This document shows positions 36,334 to 45,854 of a DNA stretch of 64,000 nt, in pieces. A program made the translations under genes and the position numbers. The stretch lies in the NCBI GenBank assembly GCA_963422735.1, contig OY730476.1:4000880-4064879 (forward strand), written 5' to 3'. The notes beneath the pieces were generated by a model. It did no database searches, had not been told where the DNA came from, and saw nothing but the letters and a program-made list of their open reading frames with translations. Position 1 is the stretch's first letter; each line of letters starts with the position of its first letter. The stretch comes from Candidatus Latescibacterota bacterium (GTDB taxonomy: Bacteria; Latescibacterota; UBA2968; UBA8231).

Positions 36334-37248
36334 TCAAAACCGCTCACCCGCGGCGCAGAGTACGCCGAGCGCGTCGCAGGTAACGTGGAGGTTGGGGCGA
36401 CTGCGGTTGGGCCGGCCCCAATTGACGAGTGAGTCATCGCCCTTGCCGATGCGCCCGACTCGGTAGTGTTTGCGCTCGGCTGGGAACGTGCCGTCGGCGA
36501 GTTGTTTCGACTTGAGCAGGTCCAGCGCAGCGTGGCAACGCACGTCGGCGAGATGGCCGGCTTCGACCATGACCTTGAGGGCAAAGAGGAAGTCGCAGTG
36601 CTCGTAGCAGGGATAGTGCAACAAGGCGCAGTCCGCGCTCAAGGGACGGCCATCGGGCTTTTGGTAGAGGTGGTGGGCGAGCAAGTGCTCGGCGAGGCGG
36701 GCGGCTGCATCGCCGGAGGTGTGGTCGGCGCGGAGGCGGGCGTGTAGGGCGAGGCCGCGCAGGGCGGTGAGTGCTTGGCCGAAGGCAGCGGGACTGCGGC
36801 CCAATGCCTTCGGCAAGCTGATTGCGAGGCGGTAGGCCAAGGCGTCGGCGCGGCCATCGTCTATCTCGAGGAAGAGCAAATAGTACAGCGCATTGCCCTC
36901 GATTGCGCCGCTGATAGGCTCGGGGCGGGCGGGATCTAAAAGCCACTCGCAGGCTTGGTCGCGCAAGGCCCAAAGGCTTTTGTCGCGGGGCGCGGAGCCT
37001 AGGTCGGCCAGCATGTAGAGCACCCAATGGGCACCGCGCCAGCGGTGGTCCGGCGGGAGTCGGATGCGACCTGCAGCATCCAACTCGGCCAACAGGGTGC
37101 GAGCTAAGACCGACTCGCGGATCTCGTCGCGGAGAATGCGAATCTCGCGCTCGCGGGGCGGGCGGGCCGAGACGTTGAGGCGGATCTTGTAGCGCACGAA
37201 GGGCTCGTCCATTGCGGAGAGGGCGCGGGCGATGTGGGCAGTGGACAT
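36334..37248 (-). CDS. hypothetical protein (alpha-helical repeat-like)
   Basis: 304-aa ORF with coding-like composition and a 4-nt overlap with the downstream gene. No motif recognised. Confidence 0.45.
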   Translation of the reverse strand: MSTAHIARALSAMDEPFVRYKIRLNVSARPPREREIRILRDEIRESVLARTLLAELDAAGRIRLPPDHRWRGAHWVLYMLADLGSAPRDKSLWALRDQACEWLLDPARPEPISGAIEGNALYYLLFLEIDDGRADALAYRLAISLPKALGRSPAAFGQALTALRGLALHARLRADHTSGDAAARLAEHLLAHHLYQKPDGRPLSADCALLHYPCYEHCDFLFALKVMVEAGHLADVRCHAALDLLKSKQLADGTFPAERKHYRVGRIGKGDDSLVNWGRPNRSRPNLHVTCDALGVLCAAGERF

Positions 37249-37378
37249 AGGGATTGAGGCTCAGTACGATGCGTTGGCAGAAAAAAAAGGGCTTGTATAT
37301 TGTTGTGCAATAGCAATCACAGAAGCAATAGTTTGCTTTGCCTAGCAGCTATCCTAAGTATGACGGATCGGAGAACAA

Positions 37379-38428
37379 ATGCCCAAAACCAATAGAGGCT
37401 GGACCATGGGCAGCGAGTGCAAACCGGCTGCTGAATACGACATGCGCGTCGCCCGCGGCTTGTTGCAACGAGAAAGCGCCCGTTGGCCGGCGTATGCGAT
37501 TGTGACCACGCCCAGCGCGTACGCAGCCGCCCAAGCCCACCTCGTGCGCGAGCCAGAGGGCGTAGTCTTTGCCGAGTGGCTGGACTCGGCGCATCAGCAG
37601 GAACTCAGCGACCAGCTACCAGCCGGGATCGAGCTGGTCATCGGCTTGGGCGGAGGCAAGGCCCTCGATGCTTCCAAGTTCGTGGCACTAGACAAGGACG
37701 CCGAGCTGATCTTGGTGCCGACGATTCTCTCTTCCGGAGCAATCATCCACGGGCACGTGGCGCGGTGGGACGGCTATCAGACCGTGGGCGGTTTAGACGA
37801 CTGGCCGTGGGTGGATTGCCAATACGTGCTCGTGGATGTCGATGTGATCCTCAAGGCGCCGGATTACTTGCACACTGCCGGGCTGGGCGACATCCTTTGC
37901 GGCTATGCAGGGCTGGAGGAGTGGCGGCGGCGGGCGGCGTTGGGGCAAGGGGCGGAGTTCGACCCGGTGCTAGCAGCACAGCAGGTGGCGCAGCACGAGT
38001 CGATCACAAGTTCTTTTGCCGCAACGCTGGATTCCAACGGGTGGATGACCGCGGCGAGTGCGGCCAACATCGCGCAGCGGATTAAGGAGCGCGATAGCCA
38101 GTACTTGCAGGCCCCCACAGAAAGCGGCGACCATCCGTTCTGGATCGCGCTGGAGACGGCTAACCAACGGACTTGGGTCCACGGCGAGCTAGTGGCCTTG
38201 GGGGCGATGATCATCACTTGGTGCTGCGAGGGGGATACCGCGGGGTTGGCGAAGCGACTGGACCGCTGTCGGGTGCGCTGGCGGCCTAGACAAATGGGAC
38301 TAGAGCGGACGGCACTGCAAAAGGGGCTGGCGTTTGTGCCGCGCTACATGGCGGAAAAAGGCGTCAACTCGGTGCTGCAAGAGCCGATTGAAGGGATGCA
38401 CTTCGACGCGCTGTGGCGCTTCCTATGA
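37379..38428 (+). CDS. iron-containing alcohol dehydrogenase / glycerol dehydrogenase-like superfamily protein
   Basis: VIGLGGGKALDASKFVA...LILVPTILSSGAII. Confidence 0.65.
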   Translation: MPKTNRGWTMGSECKPAAEYDMRVARGLLQRESARWPAYAIVTTPSAYAAAQAHLVREPEGVVFAEWLDSAHQQELSDQLPAGIELVIGLGGGKALDASKFVALDKDAELILVPTILSSGAIIHGHVARWDGYQTVGGLDDWPWVDCQYVLVDVDVILKAPDYLHTAGLGDILCGYAGLEEWRRRAALGQGAEFDPVLAAQQVAQHESITSSFAATLDSNGWMTAASAANIAQRIKERDSQYLQAPTESGDHPFWIALETANQRTWVHGELVALGAMIITWCCEGDTAGLAKRLDRCRVRWRPRQMGLERTALQKGLAFVPRYMAEKGVNSVLQEPIEGMHFDALWRFL

Positions 38429-38435
38429 AGAATAG

Positions 38436-38520
38436 GGTATGGGCGTCCACAAGGGCGGCGGACACTTCTTCTATGTTCTTCGGCCTACGGGCATTAGGTA
38501 GGGGCGTCCACAAGGGCGGC
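38436..38520. repeat. two 24-nt direct repeats (GGTAnGGGCGTCCACAAGGGCGGC) 61 nt apart
   Basis: 38436-38459 and 38497-38520, one mismatch, between convergent genes. Confidence 0.8.
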
Positions 38521-38529
38521 CTTTCGCTC

Positions 38530-41013
38530 TTATATGTGCAGCCAATAGTTAAACTTCACCAAGAAGATATTGGTCCCCTCGTCCACAAAACTGCGCCGTA
38601 GGTTGTATCCGGGGCGAAACGCGCCTAGGTCGGAGTCGTCTTGGCGGAACTGCGACCAGACGACGAAAAGGGTGCTGCCCGGCTTGTACTCCCAGCGGAG
38701 GACCGCGTTGCTTTGCAGCGAGCGGTTGCGGAAATCAGGGCTTTCCTCCGGGCCGGGATGCGCGATAAAAGAGTAGGAGCGCGGCCGCGCCAACTCCTTG
38801 AAGTTGGCGTATTGGCCTGCACTAATAAAAGGTTGTACATAGAGCTCAAAACTCAAGTCGCGGCTGAAGATGATGCTGGCCCGCGTCGTCAGATCGAGGG
38901 TTTGGCTATCTAGCTCCCCGTACACGAATTGATCGTCTTCGCCGTCGGCGTTCGCATCGAGGTTTTCGACCCATTGGGCATCGCTGAAATTCCAGCTATA
39001 GCGCGGCCGCAGGCTGACCTCGAACCGCGAGATCGGCCGGATGCGGATACTGCCGGAGACCTCGCGGTGGGTGCTGCCAGCCGAGTTGTTCTCCCACTCG
39101 AACTCGACCCAGCCGCTGACCATGAAGCGGTCGTCGCTTTCCAGCTCAATCTCAAAGCCGTCGCTGGCTGGCCTCGCGATTAGGGGGCCACCGCGAGTGT
39201 CGAGGTCGTCGAAGGCCCGCCATGTATGGTAGTAGTCGAAGTGGATCCACCAGTAGTTTTTGAGCTGGTGGTGGGTATTGAAGTCAAAGCCGTTTTGCAA
39301 GTTGGTGCGGTCGAAGTTCCACCTGCCCCAGCGGTTGAAGTTGTAGAAATTGCGGCGGAAGATGGCCCAGTCCTCTTCCTTGCGCAGCTGGATCCACAGC
39401 CAGGGGTTGTAGAAGTCGCTGCGCCATTGGAAGCCAAGGTCGTCGATCTCGAAATGCCGCGAATAGGCCTCCCACCAAAGCTCCCCGCGCAACCAGCCGC
39501 TTTCTTTGCTCAAGACCGCCATATTACCCAAACCGCCGCGGTGCTGATCATCTACCGTGGCGCGGCTGCCGGCGAACTGGCCCCAAAAGGTGTAGCCGTT
39601 GTCGCGCCATTTGAGGGTCCAATCTACGCCGCCAGTATAGGCGTCTCGCGCGCGGTCGCGCTGCACGGCCGTGCCCAAGAGGCCGACGTGCGAGTTACCG
39701 GCAAAGAGATCCTGCTTGACGCGACCGACGAGGAAGCGGGTGCGCGGCTCGACGAGAAAGTCGCGGCGGTCTTGGTACTCCGCGCCGGATACCTCGCGCA
39801 CCAGGGTCGTTGCACCGCCTGAAGGCGGCGAGGGAATCGTTGCAATGCGTGCGTATTCTTTGGCGGTAAGTGCCGTCAACAGGCCAAAAGTGGTCTTGGA
39901 TGCGGTCTTGCCCGTCAGCTTGGCCGCGCCCAGAATGGTGGTGGACTCGCTCTCATTGAGGGCATCGTGGCCGTCGGGCAGTGAGTGATAGCCGGGCTGG
40001 CGGCCGATGCGCCGCGAGTAGAACAGGTCAATTGGGGTGTCGAAAGCCTCGCCGTCCTTCACGAAGAAGGGGCGACGCTCTTCTTGGAACGTCTCAAAGA
40101 CCGAGAGGTTGAGTTCGGCCGGGTCGGCCTCCACTTGGCCAAAATCCGGGTTGATCGTGGCGTTGAGCGAGATGCTCGACGACAGCCCGTAGCGCAAGTC
40201 CGCGCCGGCATTGCCGAATAATTCCCGCGCGTCCGCAAAGGTGGAGCGGCCCACCGAGTATGGCAAAAGCTCCAGCGTGCGCGTGGATCTGATGTCTGCT
40301 AAGCCCTCTAAGTGGGCAAAGCGAGAGACCGAGCCGCTTTCCTTGCGCGGGATCATGACCCAGAAAGCCTGCTCCTTCTTGCGGCTGATATAGCGGGCGA
40401 TATTGATGCCCCAGTCTCCGCCGCTGCTAAAGCGGAGGTTGTGGAACGGGATCGCAAACTCCACGCTCCATCCCTCGTCGCCGATGGTATGCGCGGATTC
40501 CCACACGCCGTTCCAAGTGTCGTTGTCCCAACCGTAATCCTTGATTACAGCGTCGTAGATCGACCCGCCGGCATACACTGCAAAGGCGTAGCCGGTCTGA
40601 TGGTCGTGATGCGTGTCTAAGCTGACTTGGATCCAATCGGCTTCGGTCCACTGGTCGCGGCGCACCAAGCGCGAGACGATCTGCTTGGGTGCCGGATCGC
40701 AGGCCATGACCCCTACGTAGAGCGCCTCGTCGTCGTACGCCAACTGTACGGTGGTCTTTTCGCTTGCGGGCTGTCCCTCATCGGGCTCGCGCTGGACGAA
40801 ACCCGTAAAGATCGGAGCCTGCTGCCACACCGGGTCGTCGAGTATGCCGTCAATCTGCGGGGGGGCACCTTCTAGGCGCACAGCATTGAGTGCGCGGTCG
40901 GGCGCTTGATGGGCGTACAAAACGCGGGGGCCGAGGACCGCACAGGCCACCGATCCCAAGCAGTACAGATAGTTGATCAGCCGAGAGCATACGTCTGTCT
41001 TGCGGTTTTGCAT
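38530..41013 (-). CDS. secreted DUF5916 / CBM9-like protein (paralogue of 2327-4852)
   Basis: 827 aa: PPQIDGILDDPVWQQAPIFTGFVQREPDEGQPASEKTTVQLAYDDEALYV... Same C-terminal architecture, ending FLVKFNYWLHI. Confidence 0.75.
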   Translation of the reverse strand: MQNRKTDVCSRLINYLYCLGSVACAVLGPRVLYAHQAPDRALNAVRLEGAPPQIDGILDDPVWQQAPIFTGFVQREPDEGQPASEKTTVQLAYDDEALYVGVMACDPAPKQIVSRLVRRDQWTEADWIQVSLDTHHDHQTGYAFAVYAGGSIYDAVIKDYGWDNDTWNGVWESAHTIGDEGWSVEFAIPFHNLRFSSGGDWGINIARYISRKKEQAFWVMIPRKESGSVSRFAHLEGLADIRSTRTLELLPYSVGRSTFADARELFGNAGADLRYGLSSSISLNATINPDFGQVEADPAELNLSVFETFQEERRPFFVKDGEAFDTPIDLFYSRRIGRQPGYHSLPDGHDALNESESTTILGAAKLTGKTASKTTFGLLTALTAKEYARIATIPSPPSGGATTLVREVSGAEYQDRRDFLVEPRTRFLVGRVKQDLFAGNSHVGLLGTAVQRDRARDAYTGGVDWTLKWRDNGYTFWGQFAGSRATVDDQHRGGLGNMAVLSKESGWLRGELWWEAYSRHFEIDDLGFQWRSDFYNPWLWIQLRKEEDWAIFRRNFYNFNRWGRWNFDRTNLQNGFDFNTHHQLKNYWWIHFDYYHTWRAFDDLDTRGGPLIARPASDGFEIELESDDRFMVSGWVEFEWENNSAGSTHREVSGSIRIRPISRFEVSLRPRYSWNFSDAQWVENLDANADGEDDQFVYGELDSQTLDLTTRASIIFSRDLSFELYVQPFISAGQYANFKELARPRSYSFIAHPGPEESPDFRNRSLQSNAVLRWEYKPGSTLFVVWSQFRQDDSDLGAFRPGYNLRRSFVDEGTNIFLVKFNYWLHI

Positions 41014-41118
41014 GTTCTTGTCTGTGCCATAAGGTCGAGAGGATTGATGTTCCTCGGGCAGCGGTCGCTGCCGCTGCCCGAGGCCGGTTTCGCAATGCCG
41101 CTGCGCGTCAAAGAGCCA

Positions 41119-41451
41119 TTAGCTGAGGAAGCGCAGGAGCGGTATCATCGCGAATACAAAAAGGCTGATGATCGCGTACATCAGTCCTTGGTTGATGATC
41201 TCGCGTCGCATAGTGTGGTTGCTCCTTGCGATGAGGTCCTTGGTTGGCTTGGTGAATGTCGCGCAGACCCGCTGCCGTCCGCCCGGGGTGGGCGGCAGCG
41301 CCCCGCTGTCTAGGCCGCGCCGCAAAGCGGCGAAGCGCTGTCGCGCGTCGATGACCCGGCCGGCCCTGGTCGCAACGCGCATCTTGGCACCGCCGTGGGC
41401 AAAGGCCCAAGGGGCGGTGTTGCAGTGTCGTGTTTTCTTGTTCGTCCTCAT
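41119..41451 (-). CDS. hypothetical tail-anchored small protein (110 codons, or only the nested 30-codon ORF 41119-41211)
   Basis: C-terminal TM segment LMYAIISLFVFAMIPLLRFL. An internal ATG at 41211 is preceded by AAGGAG at 10 nt. The N-terminal 80 codons are Arg-rich and weakly coding-like. Confidence 0.3.
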   Translation of the reverse strand: MRTNKKTRHCNTAPWAFAHGGAKMRVATRAGRVIDARQRFAALRRGLDSGALPPTPGGRQRVCATFTKPTKDLIARSNHTMRREIINQGLMYAIISLFVFAMIPLLRFLS

Positions 41452-41479
41452 TTTTATGGTTTCGTTTTAGTGTTTTTAT

Positions 41480-41495
41480 CTGAACAAATGTTCAG
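41480..41495. promoter_or_regulatory. perfect 7-2-7 palindrome CTGAACA-AA-TGTTCAG (GAAC-N4-GTTC, Cheo/LexA-box-like)
   Basis: Read directly; lies 29-44 nt upstream of the ATG at 41451 (minus strand). Confidence 0.4.
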
Positions 41496-41526
41496 TAACA
41501 CATAATACAATGTCAAGCGTTTTCAC

Positions 41527-41572
41527 AAAAAAAGAGGCCATAGCGCGTTGTCTTTTTCGCGCCACGGCCTCT
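41527..41572 (-). terminator. intrinsic terminator (minus strand)
   Basis: Minus sense: agaggccgtggcgcg-aaaaagacaa-cgcgctatggcctct followed by tttttt. Confidence 0.7.
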
Positions 41573-41602
41573 TGCTACGTTTAGCTCTCGCAATGACGAG
41601 CC

Positions 41603-41752
41603 TCAGTCGGGAATAAATCCCCGTCCTCTCGGCGCGAATTGGGTCTTTTCGAGTTGCACATCGGCAGCTAGATAGGCGCACCTACCATATAGATTTGCCC
41701 CGGCTGCTATGCGCGGCGTCCCGCGCATGTCGAAGCGATGTACACCTATCAT
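41603..41752 (-). CDS. orphan 49-codon ORF with strong SD and terminator
   Basis: AGGAGA 6 nt before the ATG at 41752. Peptide: MIGVHRFDMRGTPRIAAGANLYGRCAYLAADVQLEKTQFAPRGRGFIPD. TTGACA at 41842-41847 (minus) lies upstream. Confidence 0.3.
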   Translation of the reverse strand: MIGVHRFDMRGTPRIAAGANLYGRCAYLAADVQLEKTQFAPRGRGFIPD

Positions 41753-42473
41753 TTTCGTTCTCCTGTGGGCGCTTCTAAAAGCGTCGTGGAGTCTATCATT
41801 TGCCCTGCCTGTGAATCTAGTTACGAGGCGGCGTAAAACAGTGTCAAGGGGATGCGAAATTTTTTTGCAAAATACGACTAGTGCCGAAAGTGCGGCGTGG
41901 TGTCGCCCAGTGGCTGCGGATCGGAAGAGACGGCGCGCGGCGTGATCGAGCGGATCTGTGCGAGTCGGTTGGGGGCGGCGCAATGAGAAGCGTAAAGTGT
42001 GTCGGCATCGCCTGCATCGCTAGCCCTTGTGTTGGTCGCCACCCTGATCCGATGAGCGGCTGTAGCTATTCCAAGTTAGCCCCCTTAGCACGGTTCTTGC
42101 CAAGGGGGCTTTCGCCATTTAAGTCTGAGCAGAATTACCCTCCTTCCTCGACTTTTATTGAATAGGATGCCCACCTGATTGCCGGCCCCTAAAACTCAAT
42201 GTCACTTCCGTCCGCGTCCAAGATGCGATCGATGACAAACTCAATCTTCTCGTCTCCCTCATCTTGGTCGTCAGCAAGCATCCTTTATAGGGATTTTCAC
42301 CCAACCCCGTGTTGTATAAGCAGGAAGGGCTAATGGCTTGAGCTCGACTGTATAATCGGCCCCTTCTTATGCATCGAGGATGGGGCCATTCCCAAACCCC
42401 ACCCTAATCGCGAAATGTATCATCACATTCTTCTCAAATGAGGAGATTTGCCTGTGGCAGTCAAGACGGACGT

Positions 42474-43379
42474 TCAGGGTAAGTTCGGTCTCTCAGGGGA
42501 GGTTACACTCTCATGGTCGTTAGTGAACGAGAAACGAGTCAGGTAGCCCGACCGCTCGTGGTAACAATCCGGGAGTGCGCTGTGTCCTGGCGGGTGGTGC
42601 GCCAAGGCGGGCTTGACCAGCAGAGAAAGCACCGGATCGAGTCCCGCAAAGAAGGTGGGGCGTACCTTGGGGAAAGGCGGTGCCATCGCCGTAGTTGGCC
42701 GGTTTCCCTCTTTGTCGAAAAACTCATCGTCGTAGTGGATACAAAAGAAGGGATCGGCTCTTTGGAAGCCGTCCATGCTGAAAGTCTCCTGGATCGGCTT
42801 CCCCTCCGGGTCGAACCCCTCCCAATACTCGGTGTCTTTCTCGTCGAGGACGGGGGTGTGAAAGACGGGAATAGGGGTCGTGCCTTGATAGGTGCCCGCT
42901 GGATCTATCAGGGAAACCTCCAAGCCAAACAGTGCCTCGGAAGCCTACGGAAGGCTTTCCCATCGTCGTAGATGGAAACCGCATTTTTTAGCTTCCCGGC
43001 CAGATCGGCGTTGCCCATGTCTCTGGCGAATCCATCGGCCATCAGCGCCAAGATTTTGGTCTGGCCATTTAGGACCTTGACCAAATTGACTTCGTTGGCT
43101 TTACCAAAAGCGGTCCGCACACCCGGATCATTCAGCGCAATCGCCAAGCGACGAGCGTACATCTGCAGGTAGGCGCGGTAGGTTTCCGCATCTCCTACGC
43201 CAGCGACATAGCCTGCTTCGCCCTTGCCTGCGAAGGGGTTACTTACGATACGATACGATTTTGGGGGAGACCGGGTTGGCCCCAAGGAAGGAGCCGTCGT
43301 GGGAACAACTGCACTCGACGAGCAGTGCTGAGCCGAACAGCCCAGCAGCAATGAGGAACAGCGTCAAACATTTCATCAT
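42474..43379 (-). pseudogene. secreted protein of unknown function, split over three frames
   Basis: Signal peptide MMKCLTLFLIAAGLFGSALLVEC (ATG 43379) stops after 47 codons. ORFs 42908-43351 and 42474-42923 continue in two other frames. Confidence 0.55.
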
Positions 43380-43610
43380 GCTACTCTCCTTTGGGGTTAT
43401 GTCGGACTGGAGGCCCGACGTGAATAATACCTTACAGGAGAAACAGCGGTGATTTTTACGCCTTGACTCGTGCTGCCACCTTTTTGATACAGACCAAAAT
43501 ACGGTTTGTCAACTGAACTTTTATTTTATATCAAGATTGCTCAGAGGAGGCACTCGGCTCTCCTTCTTGGCCGCGAAATGTGATTAAATCAGGTATTAGA
43601 AGGTCGCAGG

Positions 43611-44513
43611 CTAAGGGCCGATCCAATAGAGCAGAATCGACAGCCCGAGCGGGCTCCACAAGGTCGAGCCAATGAGAATGCCGCCGAGCAGATCGGGGCG
43701 CGCGTCAAAGCGCACGGTGAGGATGAGGGCGTTGATGGCCGTAGGCAGGCAGGAGCACAGCAGCAGCACGTCGCGCACTGCGCCCTGTGCGCCGATGAGC
43801 ATCGTCAGGCCGATGCCAATCACCGGCCCCAACAGGACCTTGGCACCAATGCCGCCGTACAGGGCAGCCGAGTTGCGGCCGCGGATGGGGATGCGCGAGA
43901 CTTGGACCCCGAGGAGGATGATGGCGAGGATCGGGCCAGCTCTGCCGATTAGATCGGCCGCGTCGAGGACAGAGGCCGGGATCGGTACGGCGAAGGCATT
44001 GACGGCCACAGCCAAGGCCGCGGTGTAAATCAGCGGCAGTCTGAAAATGCTCTTGAACGCTTGCAGCGGGCTTTGCCGCCCTCCAGCGGCGATGTAGATG
44101 CCGAGCGACGCAGCTAGCACATTGCCGTACACAAAAAGCAGCATGACGATCGCTAGCGCCTCGTCGCCAAAGGCGAACAGCACTACCGGGACGCCATAAG
44201 AGGCGATGTTGATTGTGGGGAGGGAGAGAGTGACCGCGCTGCGGGTGGGTTTGTCCCAGCCGACGAGACGTGCGACGATCGCGATGACGGGCATGCTGAC
44301 CAAGTACATCCCGACCTGCCAAGCGAAGGCTTGGGCGGCCGCCGCGCCATTGACTGGGTGGCGCACCAACGCCGAGAACAGCAAGAAGGGAAGGCAGATG
44401 TATAGGGCCACATCGACCAAGGGGGCGGGGTCAATGGAGCGTCGCTGCCCCAACAGATAGCCGCAGCCGATGAGGACGAAGAGCGGGGCAATGACGTCGA
44501 GCAGAAAAGCCAT
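43611..44513 (-). CDS. AEC (auxin efflux carrier) family transporter
   Basis: MAFLLDVIAPLFVLIGCGYLLG..., about 10 TM segments. Start chosen at the internal ATG. Confidence 0.8.
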   Translation of the reverse strand: MAFLLDVIAPLFVLIGCGYLLGQRRSIDPAPLVDVALYICLPFLLFSALVRHPVNGAAAAQAFAWQVGMYLVSMPVIAIVARLVGWDKPTRSAVTLSLPTINIASYGVPVVLFAFGDEALAIVMLLFVYGNVLAASLGIYIAAGGRQSPLQAFKSIFRLPLIYTAALAVAVNAFAVPIPASVLDAADLIGRAGPILAIILLGVQVSRIPIRGRNSAALYGGIGAKVLLGPVIGIGLTMLIGAQGAVRDVLLLCSCLPTAINALILTVRFDARPDLLGGILIGSTLWSPLGLSILLYWIGP

Positions 44514-44549
44514 TACCGCAAGAGGCGGAAGGCGCACCCGGGGCCGATG

Positions 44550-45623
44550 TTACACCTGCTCTTCCCGGCCCGAAGTAGCCGAGCGGTACGCTGCGTCGAG
44601 CATTTCCACCCCGCGCATGGCCGTTTCGCCCGGGGTCCAGTTGACGTCGGTTTTGCCCAAGATTAGGTCGGCGAAGTTGTTGGGCGGGCCGTCGCACTCG
44701 TAGGCCCCCGCCTCCTCGGCGACCTCCTCGACGATGTGTTGGCCGTCGTGGCGACGCAGGTGCATGCGGGCGCGCTCGCAATCGACGAGCAGCATGCCCT
44801 CCGAGCCGAAGAGGCGCAGATCGACCTGAAAGGTCTGGTCTGTGGGCACGGTGCCGGCACCGCTGACTGTGCCGACGGCCCCCGAAGTAAAGCGCACGGT
44901 GAGCGCGTCGTACAGGTCAACCTCAGCCCCGGGTGCGCTCATGGCGGCAAAGACGCGCTCGGCGCGCAGCCCGGACAGCCAAAACAGCAGCCCCGAGGAG
45001 TGCGATATTTGCGCGTGGGCATAGCCGCCATCGGCAATGGCGGGGTCGGCCCACGTAGAGGGCGTGGGGCCGAAGAGGCTGGCACTGTCCTGCCCGGAAA
45101 TGTCGGAGACATCCACCTTATCCCCCGAAAGCAGGGCGCGAATCGGCGAGGCCATGTGGCAGAGCGCGAATTCGATCTCGCCGATAGCTTGGTCGTTCAT
45201 CAGCGCCTTAGCCCGCTGGATAAAAGGCTTGTGGTGCCAGCCGTAGGGCACGAGCAGATGGCGGTCTCGTTCGGCGGCGAGGCGCACTAATTCGCGCGCG
45301 TGGGCAGCGCGGGTGGTCAGAGGTTTTTCACACATCACGTGCAGGCCCGCCTCCAAGGCGGCGCGGGCGTGTTCGTAGTGCAGGGTGTGCGGCGAGGCTA
45401 CTACTACTCCGTCGAGTTCGCAGTGGGCCAATAACTCTCGGTAGTCTTGGGTGGCAAACGCGAATCCGAAGTGGTCCCGCACCTGCGCTAGCTCGGCTTG
45501 GCCCAAGCGGCAGACAGCCGTCAGTTCGATGTCGTCGCGGGCGGCAAAAACGGGCATGTGGTTGCTGGTGGCCCACCAGCCAGCGCCGATAAATCCAAGG
45601 CGCACTCTGTCTTGGGTGTTCAT
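44550..45623 (-). CDS. Gfo/Idh/MocA family oxidoreductase
   Basis: AAGGAG SD then MNTQDRVRLGFIGAGWWATSNHMP... Confidence 0.85.
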   Translation of the reverse strand: MNTQDRVRLGFIGAGWWATSNHMPVFAARDDIELTAVCRLGQAELAQVRDHFGFAFATQDYRELLAHCELDGVVVASPHTLHYEHARAALEAGLHVMCEKPLTTRAAHARELVRLAAERDRHLLVPYGWHHKPFIQRAKALMNDQAIGEIEFALCHMASPIRALLSGDKVDVSDISGQDSASLFGPTPSTWADPAIADGGYAHAQISHSSGLLFWLSGLRAERVFAAMSAPGAEVDLYDALTVRFTSGAVGTVSGAGTVPTDQTFQVDLRLFGSEGMLLVDCERARMHLRRHDGQHIVEEVAEEAGAYECDGPPNNFADLILGKTDVNWTPGETAMRGVEMLDAAYRSATSGREEQV

Positions 45624-45854
45624 TGGCGATTGCTCCTTGATTGGAGCGGCTAATGTAGGAGCACGCGAGCGGCGCAGCAAGTGCGGTGTCATTATAAATT
45701 AATTTGCCCACCGGCTTATTTTTTTTATTTAATTAGCTGATTTACGCACGAGTCCCTTATCGACTATTGACGCCTGACAATTCGCAAGCCTGCCTTAGCT
45801 ATCGCTTTAAGTTTCATATCCCTATTATATCTCTCATCGACAAGGAAGGAAGAA

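Noticed and set aside
37379-38428. Archaeal-type ether-lipid genes (G1P dehydrogenase-like Fe-ADH here plus the DGGGP-synthase-like UbiA gene at 62243-63187)
   Set aside because: The two genes are 24 kb apart. The Fe-ADH member lacks residues I could tie specifically to G1P dehydrogenase, and the UbiA motif is shared by several prenyltransferase subfamilies, possibly including a menaquinone prenyltransferase.
38436-38520. CRISPR array (also considered for 50922-50991)
   Set aside because: The first site has only two repeat copies. The second has a 7-nt unit with no spacers. No cas genes are present.
41575-42170. tmRNA, RNase P RNA or another housekeeping ncRNA ending at the 41527-41572 terminator
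   Set aside because: I did not find the conserved tmRNA 3' tRNA-like end or tag reading frame, nor the RNase P GAGGAAAGUCC-type core, on either strand.
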